A stretch of 64,000 nt of DNA from Podarcis gaigeae (lineage: Eukaryota): NCBI GenBank assembly GCA_964106915.2, contig OZ066925.1; one strand, given 5' to 3'. The notes under the pieces were generated by a model. The model ran no database searches and was not told the DNA's origin. It saw nothing but the letters and a program-made list of their open reading frames with translations. The translations under genes and the position numbers were made by a program. Shown here piece by piece: positions 35,902-49,064 of the stretch; positions within the stretch are counted from its first letter, which is position 1, and each line of letters begins with the position of its first letter.

Positions 35902-36642
35902 AGGTCAACTGCAGAGATTTGCCTGCATATCTAAATAGCACACCAGGACACTGGTGCAGGTTTAGAAGCATCATGGAGAGGTGTACAAGGGGAAAGGTTA
36001 TTACAGCGATGCTGTTCTGTTAGAGAAAAGTGGCCATTTCTCTAGGTATTTTATTGTAGGTGGGCAGTTGGGGGATATGCTTTATCTTCTTCATCCTGCC
36101 CAGCAGCCTTGTACTGAAGCTGCTCCTGGCACAATGCAAGACTTCTTGCATTGTGTGATTTCTTATTGTGTCGGTCAAGAGTCTTACTCCAACCTCTCTG
36201 CCAATCTCGCATTTGAGGCTCACCATCCACACCTAGCCAAAATCACTCTGCACCGTGGATCTTGGGTACAGAGCGCTTCCACACGAGTCATGGGAATGTG
36301 TCCCACCAGGTGCCAATCTACCCAGGAATTCATCCGACATGACTTTTCTAAGCCACACTTTTGAAGTTTGGCGTGATCAAGAGATAGGAGCACAAAACTG
36401 GCTTCTTAAAAATATTGCAGTGGAAGGCCTTTGCTGCACTTGTTGCATTGCATCAGACAATGACTTGCCATAATACTGTTCAAAGAAAGCAAGAATTCTC
36501 CAATATTGGCATAAGTAACAAATCATTGTGGTGCAGAAGTAGAATACATAACCTTGGGTGAATATTTTTGACCTCAAGTCAAGTGCTGTGTCTGCAGCTT
36601 CCATGGCAGGCTAGTTCTTTCCCAATTCAGGGGTGTTTCTTT

Positions 36643-37244
36643 TGTGGGATGTAAACACAGGAGCAGTCAATGACAACATTCCTAGAGTGTACATGTTAGA
36701 ACATGGGGAGGGATGTCTGTCCAGCAAGCAGGTAAACTTCCTGGGGACGGACTTCCTCCGCATGTGACCAGAGGTGGGTGTGGCCTCACCTGTGCAGGTA
36801 AATGATAAAAGCACAGGGCAGGCAGCCATTCTCTCTCTTGCCTCTTGCCTCTCTGCCATCTTCATCTTCTCAAGGAGCAACATGCCCTCTTGGCTCTCAG
36901 CCAAGAGAGGACAGTACTATCTTCTTATAAGATAGTTTCTAAGTGTATGTAACCTTTTTTAAGCCTGCCTACCTTCTGGGATCATATTGTGAACAGAACG
37001 TGAGTAAACTCTTTTATACTTTTATAAAGACTGTGTCGTGTCTTGTATTTTAAGAGGGAACAAAGGGGAAATTACCAGAGTAATTATTATAGAGGTTCTA
37101 GCGAACCTGTGCAAGCGTTACCGTTGCGTACTTAAAGGGGAATGTCTATAAACTCTGCTGATATTTTGGGAACTTGTTAGTACAAGTTGGATAAGGATAT
37201 AATTAGTCAATATATCCTCTCCTGCACCCCAGAACATTCCCACA
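36643..37244 (+). mobile_element. Solo LTR
   Basis: TG...CA ends with inverted termini tgtggga / tcccaca; perfect 5-bp TSD tcttt; TATA-like gataaaa and AGTAAA poly(A)-signal variant. Confidence 0.85.
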
Positions 37245-39304
37245 TCTTTTTTTCCTTTTTTCCAGACTGAAGTAAATTGGGCTTGCCATAATGTGCTATT
37301 CAAATAAATCCTTTTTGTGCTTCTTAGCCAATCAGGCAACAGTTGGTGCCTGAATCCCATCCAACTACTTTTTGCTAACTGCCAGAATGTTACTTGTCGT
37401 AAGTGCAAAGCGGACATGGTTGCCAGTAAATCTGCCTTCATGCCCTTAAGTCATCTGGTCACCTGCTATATGTTCTGCCAAGCTAATCAGTGCTTGAGAG
37501 AAGATACTTTTGAATACAGACTGACTCCAGAAGTCTGTTGCTGTTAGGCATATTAAAGAAGATAAATGGCACATCTGCAAAACTCTGAGGCAGATAAACT
37601 GTAGTCTGTTTTCCCTATGCCGGCATGTATAATGAGGCAAGAATGGAAAAAAAGAATTTCAAGGTAACATTGGAGAATTTTTTTTTTTTTTGGCTTATAT
37701 GCCTATCATGATAATGCAAATGATTTCTCTTGCCTCTGCTGAGGGCGTTGAACCCAAGTTGTGTGATATGAATAATACTCCTTCCATTTCATGATCATTT
37801 TATATTTTACCTGGTCTAGCACCTAGCCTTGATGAATGGTTGAATCTTTTTTCCTATTCCCAAATAGATTAATTTCAGTAATTGAAAACCACTGCATATG
37901 GTACAGGCAGGATCCTAAGAATTGTTGTGGTGACATAAGGGGCTTGCTTTAGCCCCATGGAATATTTAAGATTTCTGATTTAGAACAGCAGATTTCCAGC
38001 TGTTGATTGAGATTAATAGAATGTAATATTATGCACATGCACTTAAGAGTAAGTCCAGTTAAACCCAATGAGACATTTCTGGGTAAACATACATGAAATT
38101 GTGCTGTGAATGTTCCTTTGTCACATACAATGGATTGCACAGTTCTTTGGATCCTGGCCTATAACTAGAAGATACCAATCGTAAAGGAACATCCCAGTTC
38201 CTTTAATGTTCAAGCCAAATGAATGCAAAAAAAAAAAAAAAAAAAAAGCATTTAAAGTTAGAGTATTCCCACCTTCCAGCTATTATTTCTTGTTCATTTC
38301 GGGTAATATAATGCTACAACAATGAAATATATAATTTATTATCTGGGAATTTGGATGGAGTTTGGACTTTTAACCATGGATCAATTGATGCTGCCATTTT
38401 TGCCTCTAACAGCAGCCAGCCAGACCCCTCTGGGAAACCATCCCCATTGATTCAACCCAAGATCTAGTAATCAAATTTATAATACCACTGAATCCGTAGA
38501 TTCCATTTTTAACTGTTGTGATTAATAGTTATTGATCAACTGACCTTCCCTGAATTTGCCTTCCATATATCTAATGGCCATTGTAACATTCTGTGGCATT
38601 ACAGTTCATAAGTTAATTATAACTGTGGTTGTCCAGAGCCTCATAACCTAGTTTGGAGATATCCTTTCTCAGCCTGATGATACAATCCAGAATAACTAGA
38701 TGCCATTTGCAAATCTGGCTGTCTCACAATTCAGTGCTTGCAGCAGATTGATGTGGTTTTGTCTTGAGATGGTTTTTAAATGTTTCTGTTTTGGTTTTAA
38801 TATTTTTCATAAGGCTACTTGCCTGGGGAACATGGAGTGGGGGGAAATAAGTAAAATTGAAACTAGTTAGGGGTCAGACAGTTTTTGGCAGTCTTGACAA
38901 CTGTTGCCAAGGCGATCAGATGATTGGGAAAGTGACAGGGCAGTTAGGCTGGAAAGTGGGGAGAGAGGGGGAAGAGAAGGAACGGTGAGCTAGTGAGGAA
39001 GACAAAAGCTGGCAAAGTACATCTAGTGAGGAGAGATGTTGATCAAGTTCTGGGAGTAACGCAGAACAAAACAGCAGGGGACAGGACAGCTGTGCGGTGC
39101 GGGGGGACCCGTCAGCCGTCAGCACCAAGGAGCGCCACAAGTTTGTTATTTCACAGGAATACCTGGCCAACATAAAGGACTTGACTGGTGTGTGTGTGTA
39201 AAGCTGCAGTGTTGGTTCAGTTTACCAGAAAGCTTCGCCTGGTGCCTTACAGATAACTTGCCCCCTCCTAGTGGTGCTGCATAAAAATTGCTGGCACATT
39301 TGCA

Positions 39305-39433
39305 AAGCTAAGCAGGGTCCGGTATGGTTTCAGTTGGATGGGGAACCATGTGTTGAGATTCTTGCATTGCAGGGGGTTGGGCTAGATGACCCTCGGGATC
39401 CCTTCCAACTCCACAATTCTATGATTCTGTGAT
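39305..39433 (+). mobile_element. 5S rRNA-derived short SINE (SINE3-type) with CR1 tail
   Basis: aagctaagcagggtccgg...tggtt...ttggatggggaacc matches the 5S internal control region, joined to gagattcttgcattgcagggggttgg...attctatgattctgtgat. Confidence 0.75.
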
Positions 39434-40149
39434 CTATGAATGGAACTGATACAGAGAAATGGAAACCATTTGTTGTTGAAACTCTTTCATGCAAGCCTTT
39501 GTTAGCTCTAACTGGAGAGTAGAGAATGCCTTTAGAATATGTCTCTATTTTACCATTTCATTTCAGCCATGGACTTTGCTTCCTGTTTTCATTCTACAAA
39601 GGCAGGATAGTGTAAATTCCTTGGCTTATGCTCCTCTGGCTTCTTATGAAAACTGGTTCTTAAGTGCATCAAATTGTTTGCATCACTGGTACCCTTATGT
39701 GGCTTGCCATTGACACTGTAATTACATCTAGGATTCCATTGTATGAATATACATGCATTATGATGCACACTTTTCTCTGTGTTTTCCTTTTAGAGCACAT
39801 TAGGCACAGATATGGATGCCCCAGTGAAATGAAAGGGATTTTCATTGTGCTCAGTGGGTTGTGCTTAGTGTATGAAAATTGAATTGTCTAAGCAGAACTT
39901 GTTTTATTGGAGGACATGCACACAGGCTGGTTTCCTTTGTGCTTAGCTCCTACCTATCACTTGCCCTCTGACATGAATGTGAATGACATCAGTGTAATTA
40001 TGCCCATGCACACACAGAGTTTTCATTCTTGACTGTTGTATGGTATAGTGGTTAGAGTGCCTCTCAGCCTAACCCACCTCATAGGGTTGTGCAGGTTAAA
40101 GGAGGAGGGGGAAGAACCACCTAGAGCTCCTTAGAGAAAAGGGTATATA

Positions 40150-40500
40150 AAGGTAAAGGTAAAGGGACCCCTGACCATTAGGTCCAGTCGTGTCCGACTC
40201 TGGGTTTGCGGTGCTCATCTCGCTTTATTGGCCCAGGGAGCCGGCGTACAGCTTCCGGGTCATGTGGCCAGCATGACTAAGCCGCTTCTGGCAAACCAGA
40301 GCAGCGCACGGAAATGCCGTTTACCTTCCCGCTGGAGCGGTACCTATTTATCTACTTGCACTTTGACATGCTTTTGAACTGCTAGGTTGGCAGGAGCAGG
40401 GACCGAGCAACGGGAGCTCACCCCGTCGCGGGGATTCGAACCGCCAACCTTCTGATTGGCAAGTCCTAGGCTCTGCAGTTTAACTCACAGCGCCACCCAC
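40150..40500 (-). mobile_element. Full-length Sauria SINE
   Basis: aaggtaaaggtaaagggacccctgacc...cagcgccaccc; adjacent (AATC)n at 40505-40537 and a MIR-like remnant at ~40040-40148. Confidence 0.95.
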
Positions 40501-40761
40501 ATGCAATCAAATCAATCAATCAATCAATCAATCAATCAGTCTTTTCTTTACAAATAGTGGAAGACAGGCAGGCAGGGGGGAAAGCCAGTGGTTGGCTAGG
40601 GCAGGTGGTCTGGATTGATTGGTGGCCCTTGCAATGAGTTACCTAGACTGAAAGAGAAATGCAGTTTTTTGTGGGGGAATAGATATTGCATCAGGCAGCG
40701 GCCTGGGGTTGATTTCCCATTGTGAACTGATTCTCAAGACTTGGGAGGATTCTTGGTTGTG

Positions 40762-40929
40762 CATCTGCTGTTCATGCAGAAAGCCTTAAGTTAAATCCCA
40801 GCATCTCCAGGTAGGACTGGGACAGACCCTTGACTGAATCTCTGGAGAGCTGCTGCCAGCCAGTGTAGACAACATGGCGCTAGATGGACCAATGGTCTGA
40901 CTTGGTAGAAGATAGCTTCTTACATTCTC
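40762..40929 (+). mobile_element. Squam3-like SINE (target of the L1 insertion)
   Basis: catgcagaa...gcatctccaggtagg...ctggagagctgctgccag...ctagatggaccaatggtctgact. Confidence 0.8.
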
Positions 40930-42074
40930 TTTTTTTTTAAAAAAAACATTTTTTTATTGCTTTTTAAAGATACAGAAATACAGAAAAAAGAATAAAGAGT
41001 GGTTATAAGAAAAAAGGATATAAATAACAAATTTCCATATTCTTTTTCCATCTAATCTATAGGGCTTCCCCACATCCTCCGAACCCTGCGTTCTCTGTCT
41101 TATAAAGCATCAGCAATTTGTTAACTTATTTCAAAACTTATTGTAACTTCCATTTTATCATGTTCCCTATTTTCAATTTTACTATAGCTCAATTCTTATA
41201 TGTTTTATATTAAACACAATAAAGTTATTTCATTATTTTACCTCTGAATTCTTGTGTCTTAATTTTCATTTCATTAACTTACATTTGCTGAAGCTAGAAT
41301 TTCCTGAAAGGTGCATTTTTTAACATTCATACAGCTTATAGTGTTTTTTCAAATAGTTCTTAAACTTTTCCCAGTCCTCCTCAGTTGTTTCTTCTCCCAC
41401 GTCTCGGATTCTGCCAGTCATTTCAGCCAGTTCCATATAGTCCATCAACTGCGATTGCCATTCCTCCAGCGTGGGTAAATCTTGTGTCTTCCAATATTTT
41501 GCAATCAGGATCCTTGCTGCTGTGGTAGCATACATGAAAAAGGTTCTGTCCTTCTTAAGCACTCTCTGGTCCACCATGCCCAGAAGGAAGGCCTCTGGTT
41601 TTTTAGGTAAGGTAAATCTCAGTACCTTTTTTAGTTCATTATGGATCATTTCCCAGAAGGCCTTCACTTTCGGGCAGGTCCACCAGAGATGAAAGAATGT
41701 CCCTTCCGCCTCTCCACATTTCCAACATTTGTTGTCAGACAGATGATATATCTTGGCTAACTTGACTGGGGTCATGTACCACCGGTATACCATTTTCATA
41801 ATATTTTCCTTCAAGGCAGTGCATGCCGTGAATTTCAAACCGGTGTTCCATAACCTTTCCCAGTCTGCAAACATAATGTTATGCCCCACATCCTGAGCCC
41901 ATTTTATCATAGCGGATTTGACTGTCTCATCCTGTGTATTCCACTTAAGCAGCAAGTTATACATTCTCGAAAGTAGCTTACTTTTTGGCTCTAACAATTC
42001 AGTCTCTAGTTTCGATTTTTCCACCTGGAATCCAACTTTTTTATCTATTTTAAATACCTCTTGAATTTGCGCAT
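40930..42074 (-). mobile_element. Young 5'-truncated L1-clade LINE
   Basis: Perfect 20-bp TSD agatagcttcttacattctc (40910-40929, 42075-42094); AATAAA and poly(A) on the minus strand; open ORF2 C-terminus. Confidence 0.93.
41320..42072 (-). pseudogene. Truncated L1 ORF2 C-terminal region (zf-RVT-like CWKC...H...C motif)
   Basis: About 250 open codons up to the truncation point, including YRWYMTP...KCWKCGEAEGTFFHLWWTCPKVKAFW; no genuine start codon. Confidence 0.85.
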
Positions 42075-42400
42075 AGATAGCTTCTTACATTCTCATGGGA
42101 AATGGGCATCCCTATACAAAGAAACAGCCACTGTGATCCCACCACAAGGTACTTTTTAGAAATGAAAAAGCTGCATCTTTAATTTGCAGCATCTCTGATT
42201 AAAATGTTCCCTCATTGATTAAAATGGACTCCCATCAATTTAATCAACTTGATCTCTAGTCAGTTAATCAGCATGTTAAAGCATGCATTAGCCCTGCTAA
42301 TAATGTTGGCAACATCTCTGAGTCATTTTGTGCAAATAACTAGTCCTGAAAAATATTTCTTATGTTTTAGCACTATACAAATATTCACAGCAGGCTGTAT

Positions 42401-42401
<1 letters not shown>

Positions 42402-42473
<72 letters not shown>
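42402..42473. repeat. (GT)n(AT)n microsatellite
   Basis: Seen directly. Confidence 0.95.
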
Positions 42474-42476
<3 letters not shown>

Positions 42477-42663
42477 CATAAAATGTTTTTGGAGTTTATT
42501 TGATTAAGCTCCATAAGCACTAAGAGCATTTCCTGCAGACTTAAAAAACAACAACCCTGAGCTCAAAGTAATGTAGTCAGAAGAACCAATTACTCTCATC
42601 TTTGTTCCTTCTGCAGCATTTAGATGTCCTGCATTTTTCGAGCATTGTTCATGTCAAGTGTTT

Positions 42664-42815
42664 CATAGAATGCTAGAAATGTGGAGTTGGGACTCTGAGG
42701 GTAATCTAGTCCAACCCCCTGCAATGCAGGAATTTCAACTAAAGCGGATGGCCACCCAACCTCTCCAAGAAAGAACAGTCCACCACTTTCTGAGGGACTC
42801 CCTTCCAATGTTGGG
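42664..42815 (-). mobile_element. CR1 LINE 3' end
   Basis: catagaat...atctagtccaaccccctgcaatgcaggaat. Confidence 0.75.
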
Positions 42816-45226
42816 CAACCATCCTTTGAAATTTGCATTTTTCTAATTTTACAATGCAGTTCTCTAATCAGGTTATGTATGCAAAAATGCATATGTTAAA
42901 GTGTGCATAAAATGCATACATTGGTGAGAATAATGTACAGAAATGGATTATATTAGGGAAAATGGATTCCACAAATATGCATATTAGACAAAATAACAAA
43001 GGTGTAAATTAGGAGAAATTCTTCCTAAAATGCTGATGAATTTCACAAGTGGAGAACTGAATTTAAGATTATAGAATTAGAATTTGAGAGAAACAAAAAT
43101 GGACAGATTTCCTTGTCTCTATTCACCAGTGGGAATGGTTTTGTCTTACTAAGGGTGGTCCAGTCCAATATCACACAGTAAACTCCGTCTGCTCACACAT
43201 TTTAACTCACAAAACTCTTGTTAGCATCAATTTTTTTGGACAGTCCATTTCAGAAGGTTGTAAGGGTTGATTGGCCAGTTCCTCAGTCACTACCCACTCG
43301 AATGGTCCGTCTACCCATTCTGTGGCCACGTATCTCACTTTCTCCACAACTCTCAGTTCGCCTCTTGGAAACAGAAGCTACACTAAAGCAGGCACCAGCC
43401 AATGTCTCATAATGAAAGGTTATTAATATTAAATGTTTCTGTTCCTGAGAGCTTTATTCTAAACAAAAAGGGACATTGAATTATTTTTCTTTCAGTGTTG
43501 GAACTGGTGGCAAAAGATATTGCTACTGCTTTACAGAATGGTGGATGCATAAGCAGCACTTCATAACAAACTTTCCTCATGCTTTCAGTAAAGATTTTTT
43601 CCCCTGTCCACAGAATGCTCCATCACTTCCTTTTAACTAGACTTCCAGGATTTGACAGCTGAAATGTTGAATGGGTACATCACAAAAACCTAGCCTTAGT
43701 CTCCTGTGTATAATTAGTAAACCTCTCCAGTGAGGATGGTCTTCTGAGCTGGCTGTGAAATATTAATTGATCATTTTGTGTGGGGGAGACAAGGGATTAT
43801 AGAAGTTAAACCATAAATTATTTGGGAAAAGTTTCATTCTCTCCGTCCCCCCCCCCCCCAATGGAGCTAATGAAACACCCAAGATTAACATGACAGGATT
43901 TCACCACCACCACTGCAGGATACAACTGATATGTCCTTGACCTTCATCAGAGCTTCCTCTGTTTGTGACCAGGATACCTGAAGGATCACTGCTTCATATA
44001 TGTGCCTGCCCATGCAGTAAGATCCTAAATTACACAGCCTTCTCTGGGTTGTCTAGCTGTCTGTCAAATACCTACTGGGCTAAGTTCAAGGTACTGCCCG
44101 CCTTTGTCAACAGTACTAAACTGAATGGGCAATGATCTGACTTGGATTAAGGCAACTGCCTCTGTTCCTGTGCTTATATTCTGTTTACTTCCATGTTTGT
44201 TTAGAAGTAAGTTCTCTCACTTATGCTGGAAATTATTTTAAGCTAAATACTTTTAGGGTCTTAGCTTTAAGCAGGTTTTATTCTGAGTGGTGGAGAATCA
44301 AACTTCATGAACTTGAAATTGTAATTTATTCTGAAAATAGAATTTGTTTTTCCGTCTCACTTAAGGAGATTATTGCTTTGTTTTGCAAAGCAGATGCTAA
44401 AATTTCATTTCTGTTAAGACTACAAAGCAACAGAATCTCTAGTTTACAGCTGACATGGGGTATCACGCATACACACAAATCTTTTAAAGGTGTCTGCTGT
44501 TCAGAATATCAAGGTTAGATTTAATACTCCGGTATCTGTTCTTTTCAGCTCTCTGCACTTCCTCTTCTGAATCTTCAATAGGCCAAATAATCACCTTCAA
44601 GTCTTAATAAACCTTCAAAAGCCTCCAAGGACTTCCATATATCTTTCCAAAAAGGATAAACAAATGCATTCAGCATGTAAATTATGTGTTGCCCAGTTTA
44701 TATTTAAGTTTTAAGCTTACAAAAAGGGCACAGTCTGTTTAAATCTAATGGAGTTGGGTTCAACTGCTCGCTTTTACTAGATTGATAATGACCTACAATA
44801 TTACATATCCAGGGAACAGGCCATCTAGTCAGCATGCAGATGGTATTGGAACCCTTGATTATTTTAATGACTGAAATCTTCAAACTTCTTTCTTTGTAAG
44901 GGATCACATTGTGGAATATTCCTTTTTCAGAACTGGATATGTTTGATCTGCAAAATCTAAGCTCCACTACAAAACATTTTCCCTGGCTCTATATGTAGAG
45001 AGAATGAGAGGGCGAGAGACTATATATCCCCACTCTTTCAACACCCCCTGGTGTGGACACAGAGAGAAACAAACCTGACTCTAATGAATATGTTGATGTG
45101 AACAGTTTGGGGAGAAACAATTGTGAAATGCACTAGGAAAACCCCAACAACCTCACTATATTCTGAGACAGAAATGTGAGCACACCTAAAGTTACTGACT
45201 GAATAGGCATTCTTATTTGCTTAACC

Positions 45227-45362
45227 CAAGCATCCCCAAACTCGGCCCTCCAGATGTTTTGGAACTACAACTCCCATCATCCCTAGCTAACAGGACTAGT
45301 GGTCAGGGATGATGGGAATCGTAGTCCCAAAACATCTGGAGGGCCGACTTTGGGGATGCCTG
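45227..45362. mobile_element. hAT-type palindromic MITE
   Basis: TIR caagcatccccaaa / tttggggatgcctg; TSD gcttaacc / gcttaccc; internal actacaactcccatc. Confidence 0.88.
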
Positions 45363-46726
45363 GCTTACCCATTCACTTAAATGGAGTCCTGCTCCTCATA
45401 CACAAGGTCATGTTTCACTTTGTGGAGAATTTCCCCCTCACTTGGAGCAAATGGGGAGACAGGTGCACAGTGGAGTGGAACCATGCATACATTTTTGTGG
45501 GACACAAATGCCCCCCAAATGTATGTATGTATGTATGTATGTATGTGCTATTCACCCCAGCTTTATGATAAATAGCTCCTAAAACATAATTGGCAGATGC
45601 AAAAATTCAAAATAAAATTTGCAAGATCCAGGAGGATGCAATCAATAAATTCAATCAGCTAAGATCTTGCAGCTGTCTGCCACAACATTTTACCAAAAGT
45701 AATGAATAGTTTACAAAAGTGGGAGGAAAATAAAAATAATCTGAATTCTGTAACAGAAAACCAGAAGCTTTTCAGCTGCTATCTATATAATGATGAAAAA
45801 CAATTCACCATAAAATAGTTAGCTTAGAACCCTAGTTTTAACATGCATAAGCAATATAACACCTGGGACCAGATATTTGACATGACAGCACAGTTCTGCA
45901 AGGTGTGTGGCTAAGGCATAAAGCAGTGTTGAAGGCTTATGAGCCCAGCGACACAGCATAAACACATCATGAAGAATTATGAGGTGAGCTATTCAGGATA
46001 CCAGCTTTTCGTGCTGGATCTTTATTGCTAGACCAGACAGGATGGGACATAATGGCTTTAGTTCTAGAACCAGTGGAGACTGATGCATCAGGTCTACTAG
46101 AGCTTAGCCCTGCTAAGGAGAATTGCAAATAAAAAGGTAGAAGTTTCCTCTGAAAACTCAAAGCCACCCTCTTTCCTGTGCACCAAACATTCATATCCTT
46201 CCATCTGAACTTAGAGAGACTCCTGAAGGCCTTTCGGTCAATCTCCTGTTCTCTGGTAAATCTGTCTGTCCGTCTGTTTGTTTGTTTGTTTGTTTGTTTG
46301 TTTTTTTGCAGAGTTCAGTCAACCTAATTGTCTGAAGCAGTCATGTGTCACCTACAGTAGCTGTCCATGGTACCCGTGTTTCCCCCTTCTCCATTTCCAG
46401 TTTAATTCTGTAGTGGCAGTTATACTGGGCGGACACATCATGGAAAAACCAGTCATGCATTTGCTGTCAAAGGTTGTGATCTCAGGGCCAAACTAGATGT
46501 GGCCTTAATTGCGTAAATGCAATTAATTTGCAGATTTTTGTTAATGCTATATGAATAGCAGCTGTCGGGAAGCCTAGAGAGGCCTCAGGACCATGGGAAA
46601 CAGAAATGCAGGCTTAACGTTCACTCCCTATCACAGTTCCAACAAAAACATCAACACACCTCTCTGGAGCTGCATCAAAGCAAGCTTCGCTTGAAATGCA
46701 AATAGCAGCTTTAGAGGGGCAATTTT

Positions 46727-47239
46727 TGTTGGGGCCATGACAGGAAAAGAGTTATTCTAAAGCAGCAATGCTGCAGCAAGCAAAGGCTCTAGCAGCTCAG
46801 TCTGCTGCTTGTGGCTGGAAAGCCAAACAGGAAGTATGTGACTGTTGCCATGAAAACGAAGGGGCAGTCCATTCTCCTTATTGAGCACAGGATGTGAGCT
46901 CAGGATGTGTCATATGACCTGTACAGGATGTACATGGGTGGAGTTTGGAGTTTCTCTCTGTTTGTTGAAGAGAGCAGACATCTTTTACTGTATGACTGCT
47001 AAAGACAGGAATAAAAGCATGTAGTTACATTTCTGTCTGTGTCTGATTCCCCTCCCTGGGGATATGCAGGGAGCAGGGAGGAGGAGAAGCAGTTGGTGTG
47101 TTTTTCTCACAGCCTGAGGAAAATCGCCGGAATGGACCTCGTGTTGTTCTTGCCGGGAGTCGCCGGAGGGAGGTCAAAGGAATTCAGCCGGTGCCTGGAC
47201 TGATAGGCACATACCTCTGACCGGGCTAGAATTCCAACA
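46727..47239 (+). mobile_element. Possible solo LTR of a second family
   Basis: tgttgg...ccaaca inverted termini, internal AATAAA (~47010), CpG-retaining 3' part; no clear TSD. Confidence 0.45.
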
Positions 47240-48233
47240 AAATTCCCCCACTTCTAAGTTTCCAAGGCTTCTCCAGCTTCTCTGTAATTACAGTTTACAT
47301 ATCAACCAATTAATTTCCTTCATGCAAATTGATATTGCATTTTGTTTGACCCTCATATAGCCTGCTGTACTTTGTTGAAGAAATAGGTTGAGTAGATGAA
47401 CATTTAACTGCTTATCAATTCAAATTAATTCAATTTAATTTGAATTTGATAATTTTTTTTTCAATTTGAACATTTAACAGCTAACACTGTGATATAATTC
47501 CACATTGCAGATTACTTCATATACAGCACGTAAGTGGCGTGAAACCTACATTATCCTTGGTGCTGTTAAGATAACAAAGGCAATCCAGGTAAATGCGTTT
47601 TCGACTGAGCGGCCTTATCTGTCCTGATTGTGCTGGGGTTTCTGCTAAGTGTGACTGTGAACGATAATTGCTATCATGTGTTACCTGAGATTACAGGGTT
47701 GCTTTCCAACTAATGACACTAGAAAAACCAGGCCGTTGTTAATATTTAATCAAACTCCTGGCTTAACAATTGGATAAATGAGGTGTGTAATTACATGATT
47801 ATAAAGAGACACATTCCAGATAAGAACTCTGCTGTTCTTAACACTGAAGGTGAAAACTGGACTAGCCGGCCTTTCTCATATCACTAAAAAAACCCATCAT
47901 GTGTTCAGGATTTCTCTTATTGCGACGATCCAAGGACCTGGATTTGCATGGTATAAATAATGCTGTTTCCTTAAAAAAAACACACAACAACTCTGGGAAA
48001 GGGTGGGTGGGGGATCAGACCAGGTGTTTTGTTGATGTAGCATGTTGTGATCCTTGTTGACTGGGGACATTTCAATATCTAGTTGGAAATGTGTTTTTCT
48101 CCAATATTCATGCTTTATGTTATCAGTGCAGTGAAAGATCATCTGTACTCCTTCGGTTTTCCAGCTGCAGATACTCAGGCTAACGAAGGACTGCATTTTC
48201 CTGCCTGTATGTTTAAATTAAACATATGCCATT

Positions 48234-48243
48234 ATAGATAGAT

Positions 48244-48287
<44 letters not shown>
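48234..48287. repeat. (GATA)n microsatellite
   Basis: Seen directly. Confidence 0.95.
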
Positions 48288-48294
<7 letters not shown>

Positions 48295-48657
48295 TTGTCA
48301 GGAACAGTGTTGGTTGATGGGTTGGGGGAAGGCAATACAGGAGGCAAAGATACTATCTATAATAACATCATCAGTTCATTCTTTAGCCATCTAGGCACTG
48401 CATTCCTTTGCAAATTTCTGGGTCCTGGAAAGATCAGGACATGGCATTGCTTAATGTTCTACCATGCGTGGAGAACATCGCATTAAAGAGAACCAACTTA
48501 GCAAGTTGAGCATCAAAATTATTGGCCCTGGGGAATCTCCGTTCAGTGGTGTGAACCTTAAATCATTTGTTTTAATAGAAGTTGAAGTACAGTCTCATAG
48601 CTCAGAAGTAAGCGGTGGCCCAATATAAGGGTAAGAAAAAGCAATCTAGTAAACAAG

Positions 48658-48822
48658 GAGGGCCAGTGGCTTAGTAGTAGAGTGCATGCTTTGGATGAAG
48701 AAGGGTCTTCCAGATTCAGTTACCAGCTTTCCCAGTGAAAGAGCCAGTGGATGGAAAGAAACTTGCCTGAGATCCAGGAAAGTTGCTTCCAGTCAGAGGA
48801 GACAACGCTAGACCAGATGGGC
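48658..48822 (+). mobile_element. Squam3-like SINE (degenerate)
   Basis: gtggcttagtagtagagtgcatgctttg head; gcctgagatcc...ccagtcag...agacaa body. Confidence 0.6.
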
Positions 48823-49064
48823 AAACAAAATTCATATATTATAAAAGCAATAAAGCAATACTGCCTTTGATTGCTAAGAAGTAACTTGGATGTTAATCAA
48901 AAAGGTTGAATGCTAATAAGCAGCAGAGGAAGTGGAACTGCCCTTTCTGCCATAGTTGAAGCCCACCAATACCCTCAGTGGGGTAAAATAATTATTGCAT
49001 ATTCATTTAAATTTGTATCCTGGCATTCTTTCGTGATGGGATTTGAGTTGGTTCCTATCCAGGT

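Noticed and set aside
35981-36604. Possible decayed Harbinger-like transposase or coding remnant
   Set aside because: Only a faint WWD-like motif amid stops; insufficient without a profile search
38902-39172. tgttg...caaca segment as a solo LTR
   Set aside because: No TSD and no second copy in the window
39305-39346. 5S rRNA gene
   Set aside because: Only ~40 diverged nt of the internal control region are present
41320-42024. Longest ORF (234 aa) as a host gene
   Set aside because: It is the C-terminus of L1 ORF2 inside a TSD-bounded truncated insertion; the listed start is an internal GTG
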